64,000 bases of DNA, taken from the IMG/VR virus record IMGVR_UViG_3300046782_000608. One strand, 5' to 3'. Each line of letters starts with the position of its first letter. The first letter of the stretch is position 1. This stretch comes from a virus. Of the stretch, positions 35,679-45,547 are shown in pieces. The notes below the pieces were generated by a model that was not told the origin of the DNA, searched no databases, and saw only the letters and a list, made by a program, of their open reading frames with translations. The position numbers were made by a program, and so were the translations under genes.

Positions 35679-35890
35679 TAAGCATCAAAGACAAACGAGT
35701 CCTAGAATTCGATTACGTAAACTATAAAGGTGTCGAAAGCCACCGAATAGTTTTAGTTTACGAAATCTACTATGGTGGAAACCAATATCACCCCGACCTT
35801 CAATGGTTCATGAAAGCTCTCGATATAAATAAAAAAGAAACTCGCGACTTCGCAATGAAAGACATGAAAAAGGTAAAGGTGGTAGCATGA
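35675..35890 (+). CDS. stand-alone WYL-like domain protein
   Basis: FDYVNYKGVESHR...YHP..QWFM.ALD..K...RDF. Confidence 0.7.
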   Translation: MISIKDKRVLEFDYVNYKGVESHRIVLVYEIYYGGNQYHPDLQWFMKALDINKKETRDFAMKDMKKVKVVA

Positions 35891-36450
35891 AACTCCTCGC
35901 CATCACCGGCGTCGCCGGCAGCGGTAAAACAACCCTCTCCAACCTACTATTCAATTGCGGCTGGACACAAACGAAGTTTGCAACTCCGTTAAAATCAATG
36001 TTATCATATCTCCTTAGATATCAAGGCATTGATACTACCACCGCGCACAGAATGCTCGAAGGAGATTTAAAAGAAACACCAACCTTATTTCTAAACAACC
36101 GCACTCCACGCTATGTAATGCAAACCCTCGGCACAGAATGGAGAGATTTAATCGACAAAAATCTCTGGGTCGATGTTTGGAAACGAAATATTATGAATCA
36201 TCCAAACTATCCCGATATCAAAATCGTAATAGACGACACCCGCTTCCATCACGAAATCAACACAATCCGCGAAATGGGCGGCATAATAATCCGCATCGAG
36301 CGGCCAAACAATCCCAACCAAATCGCCTCAACCCATATTTCCGAAATCGAAATGTCCGCCATCGTTCCCGATCTAACCATCCTAAACAACTCGACCCCCG
36401 AAAAGATGCTCGACCAACTCAGAACAATCATCGATTATACCGGGAGCTAA
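35887..36450 (+). CDS. deoxynucleoside monophosphate kinase (T4 gp1-like)
   Basis: ITGVAGSGKTT, FATPLK, PRYVMQTLGTEW, DDTRF..E, HISE. Confidence 0.88.
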   Translation: MKLLAITGVAGSGKTTLSNLLFNCGWTQTKFATPLKSMLSYLLRYQGIDTTTAHRMLEGDLKETPTLFLNNRTPRYVMQTLGTEWRDLIDKNLWVDVWKRNIMNHPNYPDIKIVIDDTRFHHEINTIREMGGIIIRIERPNNPNQIASTHISEIEMSAIVPDLTILNNSTPEKMLDQLRTIIDYTGS

Positions 36451-36455
36451 GCCCA

Positions 36456-37478
36456 ATGATAGCCCTCGAAACCATCGCCGACTCCATCGGCGCCAACGCC
36501 CCTCGTCTTTGGACTGTTAAAACAATATCCCCAACAATGACCCACCAAGAAACTCTTCGCCATCGAACAATCTATTGCGAGGACGCCCTTCGCGGCGATT
36601 TCGATTTCTCTTATTCAGTTTCATCAACCCGAGCCATTCCATTCACAAAAACACTCGCCGATGTAAGAACCACACCTGCAAAACCAGTTTTCTGGGGCGG
36701 CGAACAGCGCGGAATGCAATCATCCGATGAAGATTTATCAAACATCAAAATGCGATGTCCAGATGGAGGTTTAAGAACCCCCGATGAAGCTTGGGAGTTA
36801 TTAGCAAACATAAACGCGGATTGGGCACAATGTTTTGCAAATGCAGGCCATCATAAATCAACATCCAATAGAATTCTAAGCACCTACAACCACACCCATT
36901 GCCTATGGACAGGAACCGAACCCGGCTGGATGAACTTCTTTGGCCTCCGCCTCGACACCGGGGCTGATAAAACACTCCGCGCTCTAGCCGAAGCCCTCTG
37001 GAAGGAATGGAACGAACACAAGCCAACAACCCTCAAACCGGGCGAATGGCACCTACCATTCATCGAAGATCAAGATTACGAAAACACTATTCTATTAAAT
37101 CCACAATATCCGTTGGAAGTACAACGAAATTTAATAAAAATTTCCGTCGCCCGCTGCGCCCGCCTCTCTTACGAATCTTTCACAACCAACCGTCGCTCTA
37201 CAATCGAAGAAGACCTAGACCTTTACCAACGGCTTGTTGGCGGCCCAATCATCCACGCATCCCCCGCAGAACACCAAGCAACCCCCGATGAATATATACG
37301 CAATCCTTCTAGCCCATACGACGCTCCCATAAACCCAAGTCCAAGCAATTCACGCTATGCCTATTACCAATGGAAAAATCCACAACAATCCGGAAATCTT
37401 GGCCCCGGTTGGTGTCAATATCGCAAAATGCTTCCAGGCGAAGCCCTCGCCCCTCTTCCAAAGGAATATCAACAATAA
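36456..37478 (+). CDS. thyX: phage-type flavin-dependent thymidylate synthase (ThyX/Thy1-like)
   Basis: RHR...SVSSTRAIP, P.FWG...GMQ, HK...NR, WMNFF.LR, WHLPF, SVARCAR.SY, HASP.EHQATP. Confidence 0.75.
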   Translation: MIALETIADSIGANAPRLWTVKTISPTMTHQETLRHRTIYCEDALRGDFDFSYSVSSTRAIPFTKTLADVRTTPAKPVFWGGEQRGMQSSDEDLSNIKMRCPDGGLRTPDEAWELLANINADWAQCFANAGHHKSTSNRILSTYNHTHCLWTGTEPGWMNFFGLRLDTGADKTLRALAEALWKEWNEHKPTTLKPGEWHLPFIEDQDYENTILLNPQYPLEVQRNLIKISVARCARLSYESFTTNRRSTIEEDLDLYQRLVGGPIIHASPAEHQATPDEYIRNPSSPYDAPINPSPSNSRYAYYQWKNPQQSGNLGPGWCQYRKMLPGEALAPLPKEYQQ

Positions 37479-37532
37479 TCCCGGCCACCTTCCTACAACC
37501 ATAACCAAAAACCAAACCCGGAGTTACCTACA

Positions 37533-39554
37533 ATGACCAATGCCTGCCTTGTTAATCTCGACAACTATCGCCATATCCGCCTTCCGACACTATACCAAGA
37601 ACAGACCGGCCTTACCAAATATTCCCGTTGGCGCGATGACCTCGAACGCCGAGAGTTCTGGCCCGAAACTGTTTTCCGCTACTGGGATTTCATGTCAAAC
37701 CATATCCTCCACAACTTTGGTTATCTAATTCCCGAAGCCGACCAAATCGAAATATTCGAAGCGATCTGTGTCGAGCTTGCAGTAATGCCATCTATGCGAG
37801 CAATGATGACCGCCGGCCCTGCACTGGAACGCGATCACGCCGCCGCCTATAACTGCGCCTACGCTCCAATCGATCGCCTAACAACCCACAGCGAAGCATT
37901 CTATCTCACAATGTGTTCCTGTGGAGTTGGGTTTTCTGCTGAACGCCAATACACAAACCGGATGCCCCTGCTACCCGATTCCCTAACCGATATCAACTGG
38001 CGAACCATTGTTGTTGATGACGATAAGATTGGATGGGCCGAAAGTTATTTCGACTTGCTAACCCATCTATATCGGGGCGAACTACCACGTTGGGATACAT
38101 CCCGAGTTCGATTGAAAGGTTCTAGGCTAGTTACCTTCGGCGGGCGCGCGTCCGGCCCTGAACCCTTAATCGATCTATTCAACCATGCAGTCACAATCTT
38201 CCGCGAAGCAATAGAAAACGGTCAACGCCGCCTAACATCCCTACAACAACACGACCTTATGACAAAAGCATCCGACGTAGCCAATTCAGGAGGCGTTCGC
38301 CGTGGTGCAATGATATCACTCAGCAACCCATCCGACGAACGGATGCGCGATTCAAAGTCAGGCGAATGGCATCTTCGCAAACCCCACTTCCGCCTCGCTA
38401 ACAACTCCGCAGTCTGGACAGACCACCCCGATTCAATGCAATTCATGGATGAATGGATAGCATTAGTTCGATCCCAGGCCGGCGAACGCGGCCAAATAAA
38501 CCGCCGCGCCCTCATAGACCAAGCCCGTCGAACTCGTCGAATCAACGTAGATATGTGGGGCGACGACTACGGACTAAATCCCTGTGGCGAAATAATTCTC
38601 CGCCCCCGACAATTCTGCAATCTTACAACAAACATAATTCGAGCCAACGACGGCCTCGGAAGTCTCCTGCGCAAAATACGCCTATCAACAATACTCGGCA
38701 CCCTCCAATCAACCCTGACCAATTTCCGCTATCTCCGGCCCGAATGGAAAGCCAACTGTGAAGAAGAACGACTACTCGGCGTCAGCCTGAACGGCATTTT
38801 CGACAACCGTTTCATGGCCGGCCTCGATTACATCCGAAACGGAACTTTCACATCAGACGACTTTATCATCGATGGCGTGAAAGTCGAATTACCAAACGTT
38901 CTCGCCCGAATGCGCGATACCGCAGTCGCAGTCAATCGCGATTGGGCCAACCGCATCGGTATAAACCCCAGCGCCGCCATCACAACCGTAAAACCAGAAG
39001 GAAACAACAGTAACCTTGTTGATTGCCGCTCTGGCCTACACGGTGCACACACAAAGAACTTCTACATCCGAACAAACCGTGCAAACAAAGTTGATCGTCT
39101 CGCGGCATATATGATAACCCAAGGAGTCTACGCCGAAGACGACGTTAGTTCCCCCGAATCCGCATGGGTACTTTACTTCCCAATAACCGTCCCCGCTGGC
39201 GCAATCAGCCGTGAAGACTACACCGCAGTCGAACACCTAAAAATCTGGCAACTCTACCAACTCCACTACTGCGAACACAAACCAAGTGTCACGATCTCCG
39301 TCAAGGATCGGGAGTGGATTTCAGTCGGGGCTTGGGTCTACGAGAACTTCAACATGATAAGCGGTATTGCGTTCCTCCCCTATGCTGGCGGCAACTACCG
39401 CCAAGCACCCTACATCACTTGCTCCAAAGACCAATTCGATGAACTCGTAGCAAAAACACCCACAACAATCGACTGGTCCGGGTTTAGTGAAGACTCCGAC
39501 TACACCGAACAAGCAAAAGAACTCGCCTGCATGAGCGGGTTCTGCGAAATCTAA
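37533..39554 (+). CDS. nrdJ: class II (AdoCbl-dependent) ribonucleotide reductase
   Basis: PSMRAMMTAG, YNCAY, GGVRR.A, LNPCGEIIL, CNLT, ERLLGVS, TTVKPEG, C-terminal ACMSGFCEI. Confidence 0.92.
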   Translation: MTNACLVNLDNYRHIRLPTLYQEQTGLTKYSRWRDDLERREFWPETVFRYWDFMSNHILHNFGYLIPEADQIEIFEAICVELAVMPSMRAMMTAGPALERDHAAAYNCAYAPIDRLTTHSEAFYLTMCSCGVGFSAERQYTNRMPLLPDSLTDINWRTIVVDDDKIGWAESYFDLLTHLYRGELPRWDTSRVRLKGSRLVTFGGRASGPEPLIDLFNHAVTIFREAIENGQRRLTSLQQHDLMTKASDVANSGGVRRGAMISLSNPSDERMRDSKSGEWHLRKPHFRLANNSAVWTDHPDSMQFMDEWIALVRSQAGERGQINRRALIDQARRTRRINVDMWGDDYGLNPCGEIILRPRQFCNLTTNIIRANDGLGSLLRKIRLSTILGTLQSTLTNFRYLRPEWKANCEEERLLGVSLNGIFDNRFMAGLDYIRNGTFTSDDFIIDGVKVELPNVLARMRDTAVAVNRDWANRIGINPSAAITTVKPEGNNSNLVDCRSGLHGAHTKNFYIRTNRANKVDRLAAYMITQGVYAEDDVSSPESAWVLYFPITVPAGAISREDYTAVEHLKIWQLYQLHYCEHKPSVTISVKDREWISVGAWVYENFNMISGIAFLPYAGGNYRQAPYITCSKDQFDELVAKTPTTIDWSGFSEDSDYTEQAKELACMSGFCEI

Positions 39555-39574
39555 ACCAACATAGGTTGCAATCC

Positions 39575-39718
39575 ATGTGGCTCCGGTTCTGGTTCTTTGG
39601 CCACCCCTTCCACATAAAGGGCGTCCGTGTTTGGTGGTGCTATTTCTGCGCCGGTTGGGGAGTCGATCCAAGCGACGGTTCCGGCTGCCCATTCTGTTAC
39701 GGAAAAGGATTTCAATAA
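39575..39718 (+). CDS. 47-aa protein with a DnaJ-type CxxCxGxG zinc finger
   Basis: Hand-translated CYFCAGWG...CPFCYGKG; TAATG coupling to prim-pol. Confidence 0.5.
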   Translation: MWLRFWFFGHPFHIKGVRVWWCYFCAGWGVDPSDGSGCPFCYGKGFQ

Positions 39719-40656
39719 TGACAATCAATCTTCCTAACGGACCCGCCCCATTACCAATGTTAAATTTCGCTCAACCAGCAGCAATATTACCAATCGACTC
39801 TAAAACCAAACGGCCACGCTGTTTTAGTGGCGTCTACGGAGCCTCAACCAATCCAAAAACTATCCGTCGCTTATTTGCCGCCGCGCCCGGTTCCATAATA
39901 GCAGTTGCAACTGGAACCATATCAGGAATTGATGTGCTAGACATCGACCCACGCAACGGCGGTGATAACTGGCTTATTAATAACGCTTGGCTTCTACCAC
40001 AAACGCTTGTTCACCGAACCCCGCGCGGCGGTTGGCACATTATACTACGTCACGCAAATGGTATCGGCTGTCCCCAAACACTATCGAAGCTGGGCGTTGA
40101 TATAAAAGGCGATGGCGGCTATGTTGCTTGGCCACCATCAACAGGATATAGCATTACAAGAGCCACATCTATTAAAGAATGGCCACAAGAACTATTAGAC
40201 TTAGTTGAACAATATACAAAACCCCCACCCTCCCACGATTTCTCGATTGCCACTCTAAAAGAAACACTAATTGATTGGCCGCAAACAGTTCCCAATAAAT
40301 GTCCAGAAAATCGATATGCCCAAGCTGCGCTTCAGAACGCTTGGGCTGAATTAATACGAATGGGACCGGATAGCGGTCGCGGAAGCGCGCTCCATCGCCG
40401 CGCATTTATTCTAGGCGGCATGATTTGCAAAGGTTGGATCAGCGCAATGGAAGTCGCTGAACAGCTTTACAATGCTTCTCTAATTAACGGGCTTGTAGAT
40501 AAGGATAAACATTACCACGTTTTACGAGAATTATTTCGTGGAATGAACGCTGGACTGAACAAACCGTATAATTCGATAACAATCGAACACCCCGAAACAG
40601 ATACAGTGGAGCGTGGTGGTTTTGGGCACGGTTCAGCCCTATTAGATGATAGTTAA
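39718..40656 (+). CDS. bifunctional primase/polymerase (Prim-Pol) domain protein
   Basis: AVATG..SGIDVLDIDPRNGG, TPRGGWH, GVDIKGDGGYVAWPPS. Confidence 0.85.
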   Translation: MTINLPNGPAPLPMLNFAQPAAILPIDSKTKRPRCFSGVYGASTNPKTIRRLFAAAPGSIIAVATGTISGIDVLDIDPRNGGDNWLINNAWLLPQTLVHRTPRGGWHIILRHANGIGCPQTLSKLGVDIKGDGGYVAWPPSTGYSITRATSIKEWPQELLDLVEQYTKPPPSHDFSIATLKETLIDWPQTVPNKCPENRYAQAALQNAWAELIRMGPDSGRGSALHRRAFILGGMICKGWISAMEVAEQLYNASLINGLVDKDKHYHVLRELFRGMNAGLNKPYNSITIEHPETDTVERGGFGHGSALLDDS

Positions 40657-40660
40657 TTAG

Positions 40661-40689
40661 AAAAAAAAATTGGGGGCATAACGCCCCCA
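40661..40689 (-). terminator. Rho-independent terminator of the late operon at the convergence point
   Basis: Minus strand GGGGGC-GTTAT-GCCCCC then AATTTTTTTTT. Confidence 0.8.
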
Positions 40690-40709
40690 CCCAAACAAAC
40701 CTCTACCTT

Positions 40710-41303
40710 CTATTTATTAACCAACGAACCAGCAATTTCACGAGCGGCGGTTACAGCTACATTTTCGCTAGTTTCGTCAACCGGATTTTTCCAAGCAAGA
40801 TAAATTACACCAACAAATTTATCCGGTGTTGGCGGGATTGGTATTGCACAACCACGGCGCATTCCGCGCTCCGCAAGCCGTCTTGCAAGTGGCGATCCAA
40901 GCGGTGACAGATCAACGCAAATTGGATGTCCCTCTAAGATTGCTATCAAAGCTCGAACATCGGAAACGGTAACAATAATAGGCAATCGGCGCGGCGAAGG
41001 AATAATTGGCCGTTCACCATCATGCCGACGCGCAGCAATAAACCGCTGTGAATTTTCCCCTAAATCAACTGCCCAGATTTGAATTAAATCCGCATCAGTA
41101 TCCGTGGTTAGTTTATCAAGCGCTACTGGAATATCGGCAACCTTAAGTTCAATTTCACTCGGCGTCAAAAACGCCTCGATCAATTCAGCGCGCCTTTCAT
41201 ATAATGTCCAACCAACACCAAAAGTAATGGCTAAGATAAATATAGCCATTGCTTTCCAAGGCGTATCCATATACGCCAGCAGTTGCTTCAAAAATGAAGC
41301 CAT
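40710..41303 (-). CDS. membrane-anchored GAF-like protein, holin candidate
   Basis: N-terminal TM segment (AMAIFILAITFGVGWTLY), then CAIPIP...VGVIYLAW GAF-like strands; last late gene. Confidence 0.45.
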   Translation of the reverse strand: MASFLKQLLAYMDTPWKAMAIFILAITFGVGWTLYERRAELIEAFLTPSEIELKVADIPVALDKLTTDTDADLIQIWAVDLGENSQRFIAARRHDGERPIIPSPRRLPIIVTVSDVRALIAILEGHPICVDLSPLGSPLARRLAERGMRRGCAIPIPPTPDKFVGVIYLAWKNPVDETSENVAVTAAREIAGSLVNK

Positions 41304-41315
41304 GGAGAAACAAGC

Positions 41316-41726
41316 TTACTCCACAAACCATCCAGTGGCATCGGGGATAACATTATAACTTGCCCCGGCTGGCGTCACTGGAAGTCCCGTAACCCCCGTA
41401 TCATAATACGCCACCAGCCTGCTGGTACTTCCCGACCCAGTATCGATATACAAAATAACCGCATCAATCTCCGCGCCAGTTACCGAGCTTGCAACAACAG
41501 TTCCCGATAAGAACGCCGCTAAGTCCGTAACCGACTTACTTCCTGCGGCCCCCGTCGAGGCAATGATCGCCGCCCCCGCAACATCCGACAAAAACTCATG
41601 GGCATCATTGTAGGTATAGCTGGTTGTATTAACCAGCGCCGCCTTAACATTCCCGGTAAGCAAATTTGTATTCGCTCCCCCGGTCATGGTGGCCTTCTTG
41701 AACTTCGGATAGATTTTGTTCGCCAT
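41316..41726 (-). CDS. small virion/tail-associated protein
   Basis: VKAALV...HEFLSDV...LYIDTG...LVAYYDT..GLPVTP pattern of phage tail-associated proteins. Confidence 0.7.
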   Translation of the reverse strand: MANKIYPKFKKATMTGGANTNLLTGNVKAALVNTTSYTYNDAHEFLSDVAGAAIIASTGAAGSKSVTDLAAFLSGTVVASSVTGAEIDAVILYIDTGSGSTSRLVAYYDTGVTGLPVTPAGASYNVIPDATGWFVE

Positions 41727-41739
41727 CTACTGAACTCCC

Positions 41740-43182
41740 TTACAGGGTGATTGGAATTAACGAAATACTACCACTTACCCAGTTGCCGGCTGATGTTACA
41801 ATCCTAAGCGCGGTCAACGCGCCCCCAAGTATTGCGGTTCCGCCAGCTCTTGTATGATAATTGTGCCTAGTCCCCCCATACGAAACCCGGCCACCATGAG
41901 AACCGATAATTGTATAATGACTATTATCCCCAGCAGAGCTTATCAAAAACTCTCCCGAAACACCATGCGACGCATTGCCTAAAGAATTCGGGAACAAATT
42001 AATTGAACTATCGCTATCGCTGCCTCCAACTGTATTATTACTAACCGTATCGGCGGCGTGCCAATTCCAGCCATAGTTTGAGGTCGCCCAAGTTGGAGTT
42101 CCACCAATTCCGAACTGAAGTGTCGCCGTCGCGCCATCAGTAGCAGGAAGCAAATTTACCACAATCAACTTATACGCAACAAACGCGGCAATTCCGGTTA
42201 TTTGAATTGTTCCACTAGTATTGGCCGCCGAAACAGTTGTGGCCGTTCCATAAGCCCCGCTACTCCCAGCCGGTACAGCCCAAGTTCCATCAGCCTTAAG
42301 AACTTTTCCCGCCGCCGCATCCCCCGATGCCGGAGCTGGCACTAATCCTTTCGTTCCACCGCTACCACTATCCCCAACCATAACTGGACCAACAACCGAA
42401 TTAAACGTAAACCCGGTTGTTCCCATTACAATTGGACTTGCGCTTGCCACTACGTCAAAAATTCGATCCCCATTTACCGTCCCACCCGGACCAACCGGAA
42501 CAATATCTGCCTGGTTTATATTACCTGCACTATTAAAATCGCTCGTCCGAGTCAAAATATACGGGTGCGACCCATCCCCAAGCTGCGTCAACACAAACAC
42601 ACCATTGTTCGCCGGCGCGGCTTCGTACCCAATCAAATACCTATACCCAACAACCGGTGCAATCCCATCAACCGTTGGAAATGCTCCGTTGCTGTTTCCC
42701 GTAAGAGTTGCTCCAACCCCACCCGTTCCATTGTTATAGGTATTTGCCGGCAGCGCCGCAGTTGTAGCAACCGTTACCGGAGGATGCCAACCAATCGATG
42801 CAGGTGGAGTTCTAAAAGTTCCATCCCCACTAACAAACTTGGTTATATCCCCACCCCCAAGAGCATTAAACAGTGCCCCAAAATCACTTGGAATAATAGC
42901 AAAAACCCGACTTGTTCCACTCAAACTAATATGCCCAGTGGTTCCAGAATTGTTTATAATAGTGGTTGTTCGTTGAATTGTATCCATAGCGGAATAGGTG
43001 CCCAGGAATTCTTCCCAAGCCACCCCATCCCCACTCACCACACACATAAACGTAGTATCGCCAATACTCATTCCCGCCGAAAAGGCCACATTATCGCTGC
43101 TTACAAGTCCTGAAACAGTTATATCGCCTGTTCCAGTAGTTGTAGTCTGTTCGCGGGTCCGCGCCAGGATTTTAAAAGCCAT
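41740..43182 (-). CDS. tail fibre protein
   Basis: TTTTGTG N-terminal domain, V.VATTA...NG.F..T..R..D module, Gly/Thr/Ser-rich. Confidence 0.75.
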   Translation of the reverse strand: MAFKILARTREQTTTTGTGDITVSGLVSSDNVAFSAGMSIGDTTFMCVVSGDGVAWEEFLGTYSAMDTIQRTTTIINNSGTTGHISLSGTSRVFAIIPSDFGALFNALGGGDITKFVSGDGTFRTPPASIGWHPPVTVATTAALPANTYNNGTGGVGATLTGNSNGAFPTVDGIAPVVGYRYLIGYEAAPANNGVFVLTQLGDGSHPYILTRTSDFNSAGNINQADIVPVGPGGTVNGDRIFDVVASASPIVMGTTGFTFNSVVGPVMVGDSGSGGTKGLVPAPASGDAAAGKVLKADGTWAVPAGSSGAYGTATTVSAANTSGTIQITGIAAFVAYKLIVVNLLPATDGATATLQFGIGGTPTWATSNYGWNWHAADTVSNNTVGGSDSDSSINLFPNSLGNASHGVSGEFLISSAGDNSHYTIIGSHGGRVSYGGTRHNYHTRAGGTAILGGALTALRIVTSAGNWVSGSISLIPITL

Positions 43183-43183
43183 G

Positions 43184-43738
43184 TTAAACTACCCTTCCAC
43201 CAACTGATCCACCAGCAACAAACCCATCGTTATTGTCATCCGTGTCCGTGCCAAGCGAAGAAATAACCTGAACCTCGGGCGAAATGCTTGGGCTTCCTCC
43301 ACCAACAACCGAACTGTTTATAAGCGCTGGCAACCGAATATATCCATCAGCCGGTGCTACATCAACCGAAACCAACGCTGCGCTCGGGCTTCCACCACTA
43401 AGAATAGAAGAATTAATTAAACTTGGAAGTCTAATAAACCCATCGGGCGGGGCCTCAGCAATCCCTACAAACGCCGCTAACGGACTTCCACCTGCAAGCA
43501 CCGAAGTATTACTGAGCGCGGGAAGAACAATATCGTCAACAACTCCTTCATGGAAATAAACCCGCGCGTGCCCATCAACATCCAAATCAGAAACATTCGT
43601 AAGCGCCGGAAGCCGAATATCTTGCTCAACAACAACCGTTGGCGGACGAAGAATAGAGAAGTTGCCATGTGTCGGAACAAGAATATCCCCTGCCGCCGCC
43701 GTGCGTACAAATGCGGGTATTACATTAAACTTGTGCAC
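43184..43738 (-). CDS. repeat-containing virion protein
   Basis: Repeats of I.LP.L.NSS...GGSP. Confidence 0.55.
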   Translation of the reverse strand: MHKFNVIPAFVRTAAAGDILVPTHGNFSILRPPTVVVEQDIRLPALTNVSDLDVDGHARVYFHEGVVDDIVLPALSNTSVLAGGSPLAAFVGIAEAPPDGFIRLPSLINSSILSGGSPSAALVSVDVAPADGYIRLPALINSSVVGGGSPSISPEVQVISSLGTDTDDNNDGFVAGGSVGGRVV

Positions 43739-43743
43739 CCCCG

Positions 43744-44550
43744 CTAAACTCCTATAACCTGTTGGGCCGCAAATACAATCGACAACCCTGCCGCCACTGC
43801 GTCATCAGCCCCCTGCCGACCAACCCCCAACATATCAACGTCTGCAATCAAATTGACATCTGCATTAATCGTAACCGTTCCCGCATTACTCGCAATTTCA
43901 AAATGAACCGTGCCGATATTCGTTGAGTTCTGATAAATAACAAAATCCTGAACTGCCGTAGAAGCCGGGGTTCGCAAATGCGCCCGATGAAAACTTCCCG
44001 ACATCGGAACCACCGGTAGCAAAATCTTCCTGGCAATCGGTTCCTCATAAATCCGATCAACGCTTCCCGGAATATCCTTCAACATGCCCGGATAATAAAA
44101 CCCCATATCATAAACAATATTCTGGGCCGGCGCGAAAACAAACATTTCCTTATAAAGTACCACCGGTGGCGAGCCGGAAACCGCATTCTTATCAAACACA
44201 CCCGCACTAGTATGATTTGCCACCACAGCATACATACCAACGCCCGGAACTTGAAATATATCCAAAACTTCATAAAGCGTGGCCGGTTCCCAAATATCTC
44301 TCCAACGAAACTCCAATACCGGCAGCGTAAACGGTCCAATTGATTCACTATCGGACGTATTGAATGTAAGTTGCGTTTTATCATCAGATTGCGAAACAGA
44401 AACAATACTAACCGCAACCGGCGGACTAGCAATAACCGCATCGATCGCCGTTCGCAGTTCCCAAATATTATCGTCAACCTCGGTGGGTGTAAGGTTTGAC
44501 CCTTTACCCGTTCCCCATTTGGTTCCATCATCAGTCCGATAAACCGGCAT
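43744..44550 (-). CDS. tail spike/fibre anchor protein
   Basis: GKGSNLTPTEVDDN fibre-anchor-type start. Confidence 0.6.
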   Translation of the reverse strand: MPVYRTDDGTKWGTGKGSNLTPTEVDDNIWELRTAIDAVIASPPVAVSIVSVSQSDDKTQLTFNTSDSESIGPFTLPVLEFRWRDIWEPATLYEVLDIFQVPGVGMYAVVANHTSAGVFDKNAVSGSPPVVLYKEMFVFAPAQNIVYDMGFYYPGMLKDIPGSVDRIYEEPIARKILLPVVPMSGSFHRAHLRTPASTAVQDFVIYQNSTNIGTVHFEIASNAGTVTINADVNLIADVDMLGVGRQGADDAVAAGLSIVFAAQQVIGV

Positions 44551-44572
44551 TACCTGCGTGCTCCCATCCCGA

Positions 44573-45547
44573 TCAAACTACGACTTCGCCAGATTTATCC
44601 AATTTAACCTTCGAATATGGATGCGGTAAAGAGAAAGCATTATATGCTGCAACCGCTTCCGGGCTATCCCCCGGTTTCCCCCGCGGATCAAAAACAGGAA
44701 TTCTTTTCAAAACTGTCCAAATCGGGGTCGCCGTAGTCGATAATTTTCCATCAGCTTCAATCTTAAATTCCGTTCCTTGCGCGTAAGCATTTGCGGTTAC
44801 AAATTGAAATGTAGTTTGTAATAACCTAACTGGATTTGCACCTTCCAATGGAGGAAACGTCAGCGGCGCAAGATAAATATAATTATTCGCCGCATCAGCA
44901 AATATATCAATCTCTAACTGCTGCATAACTTTAAAATTAAATAATACCGACAAGCGATTTCTATTTATGTATTCATTTCTATACACCAAAGCAAACTCAC
45001 CAAGAGCCACTTCTTTTTCGGTAACAATTAGAAAAATCAAATCTTCCCCAACAATATTCACCGGACCTGGAACCAGCAGCGAAATTCCATCATACATTTC
45101 TTTTGTTATCATTCCCTCTAGCGGCGGATCAGCACGCCAAATTCCACCAATCGTTTCGATCGCTGAGCTAGTTGAATTAAGCGTTGCTTTCTGGGCATCA
45201 TAGTCGATAAAAGTCGTCGCGTCCCGATGTCTAGCAGTAATTCCAACAATCAGTGGCGGATCTCTATTAATATACTCTGCCAACGCTTCCGCACAAGCCG
45301 CCCCGTCCGCTCCAATAGCAACACCCCCAATAGAAATTCCAAACTTAATTTGGGTTCCATTAATCACCACACTATCGCCTTCTTTCGGAGCCGTTAAAAA
45401 CGTAAACGATGGCGGGCCGCCATTCGGAAGCGATATCTGCCCTTCCAATTCCAACTTAACCACCGGCGCGCTCGACCAATGAACCCTAGTAATAAGCTGA
45501 AATGGGTCCATCTGAACCGGATTTGCTTTGCTGCCTTCAGTAATCAT
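44573..45547 (-). CDS. tail tip protein
   Basis: ORF track; position in the tail module. Confidence 0.55.
   Translation of the reverse strand: MITEGSKANPVQMDPFQLITRVHWSSAPVVKLELEGQISLPNGGPPSFTFLTAPKEGDSVVINGTQIKFGISIGGVAIGADGAACAEALAEYINRDPPLIVGITARHRDATTFIDYDAQKATLNSTSSAIETIGGIWRADPPLEGMITKEMYDGISLLVPGPVNIVGEDLIFLIVTEKEVALGEFALVYRNEYINRNRLSVLFNFKVMQQLEIDIFADAANNYIYLAPLTFPPLEGANPVRLLQTTFQFVTANAYAQGTEFKIEADGKLSTTATPIWTVLKRIPVFDPRGKPGDSPEAVAAYNAFSLPHPYSKVKLDKSGEVVV

Noticed and set aside
39577-39717. N-terminal extension of Prim-Pol called by the ORF track
   Set aside because: A better-supported 47-aa zinc-finger ORF in another frame ends with TAATG coupling to the ATG at 39718
40610-40656. 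RGGFGHG as dUTPase motif 5
   Set aside because: The other four dUTPase motifs are absent from the Prim-Pol protein
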